A DNA stretch of 64,000 nt from Ascidiella aspersa. Lineage: Eukaryota. Of the stretch, positions 1 to 11,900 are shown piece after piece. The notes beneath the pieces were generated by a model. It searched no databases. It was not told where the DNA came from and saw nothing but the letters and a program-made list of their open reading frames with translations. The translations under genes and the position numbers were made by a program. The stretch's first letter is position 1. Every line of letters starts with the position of its first letter. The stretch covers positions 1,240,001-1,304,000 of the forward strand of contig OZ004613.1 in assembly GCA_963924565.1 (NCBI GenBank). The letters are read 5' to 3'.

Positions 1-2
1 GC

Positions 3-3000
3 AAACTCTCGGACTCACAGAATGAAAACTATGAAATCATTAGGGAAACGATTATTCAGCAATTTGCAGTGAATAATGATTCTCGGGTGATGGTGATGGT
101 TGAGGAAAGAAGGCAGACTGCTGCACTGAAGGTAATGTGTGCAATTTCCCTTCTGTTTTGTATCAAACACTGTAAAGGCCGAAATCAACCAGCTAAGTAA
201 GACCCTTTCATTCGATTTGAAGTTATATGTCAGCTATTCTAGTGATTCTTAACCTTTTATGCGCCGTGTCCCCTTCTATTGGCTCACAACAAGTTATGTT
301 CCCCTACTTCTTATGATGATGTTTATCTACTCGACCTTTTTGGCTTTACAATGCATTATCGAGCTGCATTACAGATCCGTGCGTAGAGTACATAACTACT
401 AAGTGTGTATTCTTTAATTTGGCCGGAGGTCGTAAGTTCAAACCTCTCCGCAGGCTTTAGTGATTTTTCTAGCCTGTCCTTGCTTGCATTAAATTGAACC
501 AAATATACACATGTTCGTATAAGTACACAACACACTTAGCCTTCCTAATCGGACTAATTCATGTTTACGGATTCTAACATAAGTATATTTGGTTTAATCC
601 TGTTTTACTAGACGTGATTTCTCAGGTTCCACTAATGTTGTTGGTTTTGTTTGATTTATGTTGTACAGAGATGGATGAATACAAAAGATGAATTGAAACA
701 TTTGAACCCCGAAGTATTTGTTGGCACCAAAAGTTCAAACAGCTTGAGTATGCACGTGAAATACTTTTATACGTGAATATTTGTTGATTTGGGTTAGGTT
801 TGGGGTTATCGTTTGGGTTCGCTGGAGGGAGTATTTGCTTTGCTTAATTCAATAATTTTTTCTTAAATTGGTTGAAATTATTTTTTTAGCCGGGTAAATA
901 GCGTCAGAAGGTGCCTATAGGCTATTTGAGCGGATTGATATTTTACGCTTGCTCCCTTTAGTAATGAAATGTCGATTTTAACTACTTTCGTGTTCGGGTG
1001 TATTGACTCTTCCTATAAAAACACACATAGGTCTCACATTTACATGTTTACGTTGGTTTAGATATGAGTGCTGAGGACCAAATATTTATTCTGGAAGCTT
1101 TTCGTGACGGCCACCACAAAGTACTTGCTTGCACTGCTGAAGCAGCCGGTGAAGGAATAGATGTTGTTGCTTGTAACCTCGTCATTAAGTTCGACTTTTC
1201 ACATAGCGAGATATCCATGATTCAAACGAGAGGTAATTGTAAATCTGTAAATAATGCTGATTGGGAACGTTTGAACTTTTGTTCTACCGGTACTCTGTAT
1301 TTTGGACAAGTTATATGTCTGTTTGATTTGATACCTAATCATGTGTTTAGTAATTAGCAATAAACAATATTGTTAAAATGTGAAGTTGGAATGCTAAAAT
1401 ATTATATTTTCCATAAGTGTTAGGCTAAAACACTTTGAGAAAACTTTATTTCTAAATGTTAATGTGTCAATACCTAAAAAGTTAGTCCTAATTTGCCTGT
1501 TAATTTGATGTTTCCTTTGAAAAAAGCTACGATCACCAACCATGACTAAAAAACTTAAATCAGTCGTCGGATCGGCGCCGATACCGCCTTAGTATCGGAC
1601 GAGTACCAAATACCATCACTTAGCATTTGGTATGGGCATCTACAGAATATTGAGTGTTTCTGGTATCATTTTGTTTTATGTTTTTTAGGAAGAGTTAGGA
1701 AAATAGGAGGCCGTGTACTTCAAATATCGTCAGAATCTGTTAAGGAACATGAGAAATTGAATTTGTTCAAGGAACTTCTGATGCAAAAAGCAGCATTAAA
1801 TGTACAAAAAAGGTTTAAAAGTGACAAGAACCAATACCTAAAGACGGTAATACTCCAAGCAGTAACCCTTTTGACTATAAAACTACCGGACCAAAATAGA
1901 AATATTCAAGTTTGTCATACAAAATACAAATTAAAGCATGTTAAAAATTTATACAAGTAAGTGTAAATAGTAAATATCATTTAGTGAACGTTTTGAATAT
2001 TTTTTATTTATTTTGAACATGCCATGCTTTTTATTACGTTTTACTTAAACATATTCCGCTCGACGATATTTGTATAGATTTTTTCGGCTGATTTAAGGCA
2101 ATTTCTGTAATAACTTTTATATTTTATATTCATTTACCAGCTTAAAGAGTTACAAGAAAAGGCTGAAGTAGATTTTCAGTTGGAATTGGCGAAGAAATTC
2201 AGTCGACAAAGGAACATTGACGATAGCAAGGAATACCACTTACAATGCAAACGATGCAAGGAGCTTATATGTTCTTCAAAAGATATAAGGTAATTTCATA
2301 TTTTAACCTCGTTTTGGGTTATAACTAAAAACTTGTACGATGGCTCACAATGCTCTAAAGTGATTAAATTTAATATATTTTCGCAGGGTGATCCACAATT
2401 CAGATATGCACTTACACCAGTAAGTCTGGTTCAATATTGTTTTTTTTTTAATTTGGCGTTGAATTTATCAAACTAATAATTCATTTAACTAAGTTTTACA
2501 ATTATTTTATTTTTCTGATATAAAACTTCTTATTATTTGTTTTTCGTTTTAAAATGATTATTTAGTTTTTATATAAAATATGTAAAATTTTTTTAAACTC
2601 TATGCTATAAAAAATATTTTTTTTGATATGAAATTGACGACATTAGAAGCCTTAAAGGCTCCTGTTATGAAAAAAAAATAATTTAGAAATGGTAGATTAC
2701 TGTTGCTGTACACAATTGTGTTCTAGTATTCAAAAGAAAGTAAATTTTACTTTGTTGTAAGGAAGTTCTTGTACAAAATCGTACAAAATGTAACAGTATT
2801 TAATGTGAAAAGCGCAATCACTTATTCCTGCATTTGTTTCCAGTTTCAGTTTTTACTGTGTCCTCTGAAATTTACGATTTTTTTTTCTATAAAAGTTAAA
2901 AAAAATAGATGGAAAAACAGTTACTTTTTTCTGCAAGGAAAATTTCAATTACTTTTCTGATAATTTGCAAATTTTCTTACTATATATACCGTGTTGTATT

Positions 3001-3379
3001 TTGTATTGAAACTGCACAAACACTTCTTTCTGTATACGTTTCCAGTTCAGGGAAATACACCAACCTAACAGCTGAATTTATGGGCAAGTGCAAAGTCACC
3101 CCCCACCCTCGTATGAAAAAGATGGGGCCTGATTGGATGAAAAAGGCAAAGCTGCCGTGTGTTGAGTGTGGCAACATGTTGGGTACCCAGGGTGAATGGC
3201 AATCGTCAATCTCTATTCCCCTGCTTAAATGTGATGCTTTTAAGGTTGTAGATCCAGCTTACAGCGAGTTTTTTCAGCTGCCCAGAAGATGGATGAATGT
3301 GTGCTTTAATATTTCGCCAATGACCCTTGCTGAACTGAGCGAGATTGCTCATAGCGCTCAAGAAACAGAAGATAAATGA
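3..3379 (+). CDS. RIG-I-like receptor (RLR) DExD/H RNA helicase, 5'-partial: Hel2, pincer and Zn-binding C-terminal domain
   Basis: Phase-consistent GT-AG exons: <3-131, 669-747, 1062-1232, 1689-1846, 2141-2289, 2387-2419, 3046-3379. The translation shows SRVMVMVEERRQTAALKRWMN..LNPEVFVG (motif IV region), AAGEGIDVVACNLVI (motif V) and MIQTRGRVR (motif VI). The CTD follows, with CKRC...CVEC Zn ligands, PHP, KKAK and PLLK, co-linear with the vertebrate RIG-I/MDA5 C-terminus. Confidence 0.93.
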
Positions 3380-4220
3380 TTTTAACAGATTAAAAACAAG
3401 TTTTAGCCATTTTGTCCGCATTTATTAATCGCTTTTTAGATAGTATATTTCCTTTTTTAGGTTAAATATAATAAGTAGTTCTTAAACTTTTTAAGCTTGT
3501 GGCAAATAATAAAACATAAAAACCTTAAAGCACACCTTTTATATTTTAACCAAAATATCTTTAAAAACGCCCTCAATACACGCAAGGCAATAGGTAAGTA
3601 CCAAATACTAGCAGTTATTATATTTCTAATCGTCTAAATATTATCAAACAGTTATTTTCTAAACCTAAAAACTTCCGCGGCACACTCTCCGTCTTTGAAT
3701 TCTGATAAAACAACTTTTAGTCTTTCACCGGTTTATTTGGTTGTACAAAGTTAAAATGATGGATTTGTTCTAACTCTAACATAAGCTTGCGAGTTTAGTA
3801 TTTCCTTATTTTCCCCTGGGAAGAAAGTTGGTTGCCAATAAAGCCCGAAGGGCAACGTTTTCAGCTAAACTGCCCACTAATAAAACGCATTAATGCATTT
3901 TAAGCTTTAATTTGTATGCGTTTTTAACATTTATTGGTAGTTTAATCAATGTTACACAGTAGTTAATTTTCAAATCGTACTATTATCTATAAATTTCTAT
4001 GTGTATTTATTGTTTTTTAAATCACGTCTTTGTATATATCTAACAGCGATATATTGTCCATATAAATGTCTATTGCATATTCAACTATCCATTTACTTTT
4101 TTTTTATAAGTCGTTTTCTTTATTCAACCGCCACAACATGATGTTCTTATTTCTAGTTTCTAATGTGACTTTCTTTTACATAGTGTTTATATCTTGATTA
4201 GGCTAATAAAAAAAAAAAGA

Positions 4221-4593
4221 CTATCCACGATCATAATAATCAGTGGTGAAAGTAAGCAGGGTTCGGAATGTCGTTTCGTTAAAAGAATTGTTTGCTAGTA
4301 AATCGCGCAAACTTCCTACTTGGATTCTGTCCAGCCATACAAGTGTGGAGTGAAAGGACCTCAAATTGCGAAAATGTTTCATTGTGCAATTGTTTTTGTG
4401 TGTCCAATTTAACGTGTCCAAAACGAATTTTTCCTTCTCTAAAATGCTTAGTAGCAATCTCCTTAAATCTATTTGGATCAGTGGCAGAAGTATAGCTGGA
4501 ACGGCGTTTTTTATTTGGCCATCGCGCCATCTCATTAAGTCTATTTAAACAACGATTTGTTACATATTTGTGCACAACATAAAATGACATCAT
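4221..4593 (-). pseudogene. Possible frameshifted fragment of a thioredoxin-like-fold gene
   Basis: Two overlapping minus-strand ORFs carry protein-like segments (FKEIATKHFREGKIRFGHVKLDTQKQL; LVWLDRIQVGSL). These are reminiscent of non-catalytic Trx/PDI-b or DNAJC16-like domains. There is no clean splice structure, and the resemblance is by eye only. Confidence 0.2.
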
Positions 4594-4605
4594 GTCCCTG
4601 TAGGG

Positions 4606-5088
4606 CAGGGGTTCCCAACCTTTTTAAGATCTCGTACCACTTGGCCGCTCTGCACGGCCACGCGTACCACTTCTTGCAGAACAAGTAATTTGCTCGAATC
4701 ATATTTTTAGCTTACAACTAGCATTATTCAACGCTAAAACAGTACATTATATTTATCAAGAGTAATCATTTGACATAATTAACGCCCAATGTACCACACA
4801 GCGTTGTGCGCTTTTCAAATCAACTGTGTTCCTTGTCGACAATTGACATGGCCTGTATTTTAAAGATCGCATTGTTTCGAAACAATAAGAATAGTTACGT
4901 AACAATAAGAATAAGCTTCGAGGGAAATTTTTTTTGTAACCAAAACCAGATGAATAAAACCATATAAACAAAATATGAAGTTGTGAATCCAGAGTTTTCA
5001 GGGGAAAAAACGGAAGCTACTCGCGTACCACCTGAAAAGCCTTCGCGTACCACTAGGTGGTACGCGTACCACAGGTTGGGAACCCCTG
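4606..5088. mobile_element. Non-autonomous hAT (Charlie-like) MITE
   Basis: TIRs CAGGGGTTCCCAACCT / AGGTTGGGAACCCCTG, 8-bp TSD ctgtaggg / ctgtagga, and repeated subterminal CGTACCAC motifs at both ends. Confidence 0.9.
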
Positions 5089-8000
5089 CTGTAGGACATT
5101 TGTTCTTAATCTTTTTCCTTGTTGCACTTCTTTTAAATCACCAACCAATTCTCACAATCCTTTCAGAAATGCTTAAATAACAATACCAAGGTAATTCTAT
5201 ATTTTAAGTAACTGATAACACAGTAACATAATCCAAAATGTGAGTTAGTTTTACATTTAACTTAGCAAAGAAATAAGTTACAGTAGGTTATTACATTTGT
5301 TTGTCAGACTTAGCACCCCCACACCCTTACAATAGGTCTCGCAGCCTATCCCTGGTAAAGAAACCCTGCTATAGGGCATTTTAAACGTATTTCCCACAGC
5401 ACTACATTCCTATAGCTATAGGACTTTGTTTCAGACGCCCCGCTATGACGTAACTCTGTGACGTCATCTTAATTTACAGCAGTGACAAAATTATGGTGAA
5501 GAATGACAGCAGAAACGTCTATTTGATCGACCGGAAGACCAGAAAGATTTTTAACCTGAGAGTGTAGAGTAGTACTTTCAAAATCTTTATCTTGTGGCTT
5601 ACGGATAAATTAAAATACATCGCGGCACGACCTAGCAAAGCACAATTGGCAATCACTCTTACTACACGACAAGGGATTATGTAAATGTCATGAAATTAAA
5701 AGTTACGTATGCTGGTCAGTCAGTGTGTATAGAACTCTCGTATACTTTGCTTATTTAAAAATAATACAAAAGTTCTGCGGCATATTTGAAAAGTTGGATC
5801 AATGAGAGTTAACTAAAGATTCGTTTAAAGTTTCTTGGTTAAATAATATTGTTTTTATAGTTACATTAGACAGCCTCTAAAATAATTGCCAAATTTGAGA
5901 CCACTGGTTAAAGAGCTAGGCGAACATTTTATTCCGCTAAGTGGCGATACAGAGATTAAATACCGTACATTGAAAACAATAATTTGTCCGGCAATACTTA
6001 TTATTTATACCTCTTTGCTGTTTACATATACATAGCAGGCTTTACAAAAAAAATTAATACTACGCTTGTCTGATAACACCCAAAATCAGGCATTTTGGGT
6101 GTTAAGCCAACAGTTCGAAAAAAACAAGGGGTGTTTAAGATTTCTATGAATGCAGGTCATGTTCATTAGCGCAAATAGTTGAACTTTGACCTTAAGTTAG
6201 TATTTTGCAAGTTAAATGCGTCGTTGTGTCCCATACTTAATTGTTTATCCAAGTTAGAATTGTAAAACTGTTTTCAAGTTACGATCACAAATATTAAAAG
6301 CAGGCTCATTTCGTGCAAAGCCTTATCACTAATAATTCAAAAATCCAGCATTGTGTTTTGCTGTTCTTATAGCATTATAAATGTTGGTTTTAAATGCTCA
6401 AATATTAAACTCTCCCGATTTCAGCGAATGAAGGCCTGCGGTATTTTAGGGTTAAATACCTTTGTTGGCAAAGTGTGTGGGGGTATTTGGAAATGTTTGT
6501 TGTTGGGAAAAAAAACACTTTAATAAGTAAAATAATGGGTATCTGTAATACAAAAAAAGTGAGACAACAAAAAGTAATATCCCCCTCCAAAAAAACAAAA
6601 TGTTTTTCCAAAACTTGAATATTTAATTTTTACCTTGGTAATATTTTGGTTCTTAGTGATATCATATTTGATTGATGTTGTTGTTATCCAGAATATTTAT
6701 TTTAGTTGAGTTTTAGTTAACAAATTTAGTTGTTTATATGGATTTGTGAATTCAGTACTAAGCAAAAAAGTAGAAATGTCAAACAATTCATGGCTGCTAA
6801 TTACTACCAAATATTTCCATTGAATTTGTTACACCTATTAATTTGGCTTTACAAATTATTTTATATCAACTTGCCTACTTATTGTATTTGCATGTAGTTG
6901 GATGGTTACTTGTTGATTATTGCATTAAATAATCTAGATATGTTTTGCTACTTGTTTTTCTTGCAACATAGGTTATTCAATCCATTTTTATTAATTTACA
7001 TAACTGATATATAAAACATGAAATGTATTGTAGCTTTACAAGTCAACTTTATATTGGGAAAATGTAGCTATTAGCTACTTATATACAGTTGTTTTGTCTT
7101 ATCTTGCCTTCAAATTATATGCTGGGTCTAATATTAGTTAAAAATATAACTGTTGGTTCATATTTGTGCAAAGTTTTTATGTATTTTGCACTATTTCCTT
7201 TCATTTTGTTTGCTAATTGTTTTAAAATGTTTTATTCCTTATTGTATGCTGAATTTATTTTTTTAAATTTTTATTTAGGACCTATTTCTTATGAATGGAA
7301 TGAAGTTCAGGGAAACCACTTCATAAACATGTTTTTTTTTGTTGATTTTGCTGGCCTATATTGCGTTTGCAGTATTTTGCTTTCTAAAAAAAAGTCCAAG
7401 CATTTGTAGGAAGGAAACAAGGCACAAGCAGGATTTATTTAAAATTCATCGTTGTATCATTTCAACAAATTAGAAATAATAACAATTTCATTTCCTTTTT
7501 TATGTTAAATGGTCAACACTATCGTAACAAAACGCCCATTTAAAAGTAAGACTGCTACTGTCGATAGAATCAGAAGTTTTAATTCCCTCTACCCCTTCTT
7601 ATTTGATAATTTACCTCAGAAATAGGAAACAACAGTGAACAGTGTCTACATTCAAACTAAATGAATGCTATTCTCCCCACAGGAAACTGTTAGGACGCCG
7701 CAGAGACGGTGCCTTTTCATTTACGTTTGCTAGACAAATTGCAGGGATCAAAATATTTCATTTCACCGCTCAGGAAAGTAAAACAACACTTATAACTTGT
7801 ACGTATTGTAGGTTTAATCGGGTGGCTCAGCATTTTTACAAACCGGTTTCGTTTAATTTTACGTTCAACACTTTGCTAGGCAATAATGTTGTTTAACTGA
7901 AACGGAAATAAACCTATTTGTAATTGGTTGAATGATAACGACAGATTGTTAACTTTTGTGTAGCTAATTGACGTAATATACGTTGATTAGCAAAGAGAAA

Positions 8001-8872
8001 AAGGATACTTAATTAACGGGATTTAAGAGTGAAAAAGTCGCTTTTCTCGTAAATTGCTATTTAGTCTAGTATTTAGGTCCTCGCCAGTAGTCGTTTTGCT
8101 TGAAAATTATCAACAAAATTTTTAACCCTTGTAATTGAAGCCAGCACTTAGCTTAGTAAAGCAAATATAGATTTCAATTAGGCCTTTTTCTTGTGAAAAT
8201 TGCGATTTTTTAAACGTTATTTTTGGTAATGCGATCAAAGGTACCTCATTTATCGGCAAAAAATCCCCTACAAAAAGCATTTTACTCGAAAATTATAACA
8301 ATAACAATTTGAAATTTCGATCCCTTTGATTTGTCCTGCAAAGCGTATATTAACTACATAAACTTACATCTTATTTATCTGATAAATACGTGAGCGTTTT
8401 ACCTTTTGCCACTAAAACCTCGCATTTCTATCCCTGTATTTCGTCAAGCAAATCGAACATGGACGACCTCCCAATGCACTTGTACAACTCCCCTAACCCC
8501 GAAGCTCACACAGGTGAAACGCAATCGGGTTTTAGCGGATTAGCGCTGTCCACTGCGTACATGTGTGCCAGGGGCAAACTCAGTGTACCTGGGATCACTA
8601 TACACCGTGTCAGCAGCGCTTTGGAGACCCGTTGTTTGTTTTGTTGAGGTTTGCTTGTTATAAGGATGTCGTATGTTTGGGGAATAGCTGTTCTGCTTAT
8701 TTATATTATTGTTTTGTGTGTTTTTTAGTAAGAATTTGGTTGTATATTTAGCGTTTGTTTTACGGCGGAATAGTTTATTTATGGAAGGGCAGTGGTTTTA
8801 GTTTTAATGTCACTCGTAAATGATTAGCATTTGACTTAATAGATAGAAATCGCTCTTCTGGTTTTAACGAAC

Positions 8873-8926
8873 TTATTGACCGGCATTTCGGCAGCAGATA
8901 CCAGCTGACCTCATCAGGGTTAATAA
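8873..8926 (-). ncRNA. Minimal type-I hammerhead-ribozyme-like motif (Penelope-like-element type), probably degenerate
   Basis: Minus strand reads uuauuaacc-CUGAUGA-g-gucagc(ugguaucu)gcugcc-GAAA-ugcc-ggucaauaa. Stem I pairs 8/9, stem II and both core boxes are present, but the UH cleavage site is not canonical. Confidence 0.55.
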
Positions 8927-11900
8927 CGACCATTTGGCTTTTTCGCACAATCTCATCGTGTTGAATAATGTTGGTACTGCAATCTACGTCTACTCTGGAT
9001 TATAGTCGGGAAAAGCACACTTCCCATTTAAGTTAGACAGAAAAACTTGAACAACCAGTTAAGAAAATGAAAGTAGGTTCGGAAGAGTAAAAAGCCGTAA
9101 GGAACCCACAGAAATTAGGTTTGGTGGCTGCCGCAAACATCTTGTTCATCATATGTCAATCTAAGGTCAAAGATCACTGCTTTTACTTGCAATTTGCGAC
9201 CCAACTTGAAACCTAAACCCCGCGAGTGCGACACGCAGCACCCAAGGCCAATTATGGCTGCTTTTCACCGTAACGTGAACTTTAGGTTGGGACTTTTAAA
9301 ACACAGCTCGTTAGCTTGTGTTCATTCAGATGTTGTCACAGTGCTATGTTCATTTCCTTTTGCATGTTGTGTTTGCCGTTTCACTTTCTAGTTATTGTCA
9401 CGTTACTCATATACAGTTTTTTTTTTAAGGTTTGGTTTGGGTGACCGCTAAGTAGTTTTAAGAGACCGCAAGTGTTTCATTTAAATACCAAAAAGTTGCA
9501 AGTCCAAAATTTGGGAAACCGCTGCAGAAATAAAACACCTTAAAAAAACACTGCTCATATATATGCTGTAAACCAGACGCCAGTGCTTCTTAACCCATGG
9601 CTCGCGACCCAAAATTGTGTCCCTGTTTGATTTGGTTGGGTCGCCGACCGCAGTGGTTTTACATTGTTAGATTTATTGAGATTTATTCTGAGCAAGATTT
9701 TTCCAAAATTTTCGAAGATTTCGTGTACCCTACGAAGATCTGCCCCATATAAAGTTGACTTTATTATTGCTACTGTCTTATTTATTCTTTGTTCACTTCA
9801 AGCTTGTTTAAGCTAGATTCACCTTAAGCGTACATGATCAACTTTAGGTCTTCAGAAACCTACAAATTTTATTTTTGAATGCCTATCAATTTTTTCATAA
9901 AACGGTGTGGCAACCCTACAACATTACTTTTGCTTTTATATTATCCGTGCTATCATTAAAGCATTTACTGTGTTTTTATCAGAGAGAAAAAATTAATAAG
10001 CTGCAATGTTATATGCCGAGCAAGTTTGTATGTTTAACAATTCAAACAGAGCCTTCCAATCCTTGCTCCGCTGTGGTCTTTGTTTATTTTGTCAAGGACC
10101 CTCACAAGACTTATTTGGCAATTTTTCGGGACCACTTTAAAAAATTTCGATCTGTTTTTTATTTACGCAGTAAATGCATTTTCCAGATAAAAAACTGAGG
10201 TGCATGGGTAATTATTTTCATAAAGGGTAATTTGACAATCTTAGTGTGTATTACAATATTATTAGACTATAAATGCTATATTTAAACGGATGAGCTGTTT
10301 TTGATTATTAATGTATTTAAACGTTGAATAACAAAAAGTAGTATTCAGCCTTTTTCCTTTTGGTTGGATGCCAGTTATTAGTAGTGTTATTTAATTATAT
10401 TAAACCATTGCAGCACATACATCAAGAAATATATTGACGAACCACACAAAAAGGTAAGGACCGTTGTCCAATAAGGTGCCGGTCTTACGGCCAGAATAAC
10501 CACCTCGTTTGTAATGTGAGGTGCTAGGATTGTAAAACGATTGGAGCTAGGTCGTTGGTTTAAATAGCCGACTTAAGTCATTTATTGTTTCCTTATTGCA
10601 CACAACTGACGATACAAGGCTTTCGCTTTACTAACACTTCCGCTTGATTCCTTGCAAGTGTAACACGGTGGACAACTTGCTAGAATTAAACGTTTTTTCG
10701 TTTAGCGTCAAAGGCAGCGTTCAAACTTACCATCTCAATTCTAATATAAATTTGAAACCATAACAATATCAACAAAGTGTTATTTGAAAACTGTTGGATT
10801 TTATCTTACAAATATCACGTCAAACATAAATTTAGTATTTTCGTCAAAAACCCTAAAATTACAAAACGTCGTAAAACCCTGAAAACAAATTATTACTCGT
10901 TTAGTCGTAAAGGTCAGTTTTGCGTATTTAACAAAAGTAAAACTAATTTAATGGTGAAAATAAGGGCCAAAATAGACGTAAAAAGCGGCATGCTTTATTG
11001 TTCAAACTTTTCGGCAAATGCTCATGCCATCTATTTGGGCCGTTATTTTCACCATTAAACTTATGAACAGATCCGTATATAGTGTTCCAAACTAATTTGT
11101 TATCGAATTAGATCGCGATATAGTTTTGCTCAAAATATCTAGTATTGGAAAGACATCCCGGGTAGCGGTTATTACTAAGGAGATATGATGTTTGCTATCA
11201 CGCTCGCCCTACCACTATACACTTTGATCGACCATTTAAACCCACAAACTCGTTGCATTGTTTGCGTGCTGCAAAATCACCTCCAACAATCGCTATTGTG
11301 TCGTCACATCCTTCTTCAAAACAACAAACACTCTGAGGTTTGAAAGAAAACAGCAAAAGCAAAGTACGTTATCATTAAGCCTCAGCGTCTAAATCAGTTG
11401 CAGGTTACGTTAAGGTTCAACTATAGATACCGATACTTCCTTCTAGAAAGAAGAAAAAAATACGACCTGCCTTTATATCAGGGAATCTGCTCAGTTTAGA
11501 ACCAGTTTTGCGCCAAGTGTTGAGTAATACACCTGCGGCTTTGTACGTTTATGGAAAGTCTGCCTGGCGGTTTTAAGGCTAAACAGTTACGTAATTTTGC
11601 GCGGTCCTTGCGACATATTGCGTTGTTGTTGTTGTCTGCTTAAATATTGTGATGATGCAATGCAATTTCCTGTCTGAGTAAAATGTATTTCTTAAACACG
11701 TTTTGAGCAGAGCTTAAAGTAAACCATAGCTTTTGGAAAGGCCTGGCCTAATTTGGTAGATTCCGTATTTGTAGGTGCTTTATTGTCACTTTGTTTAAAT
11801 AAACGGAATGCTGAATTGGTGTTTATTAACTTACTTTGACACTGTGCTGGTGTGGCTGATGGAAAAAACAGGAACGCCAAGATAAACAGTGAAGTCAGGA

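Noticed and set aside
415-470. tRNA/SINE-like B-box (ggtcgtaagttcaaacc)
   Set aside because: No cloverleaf or convincing A-box; at most an old SINE fragment.
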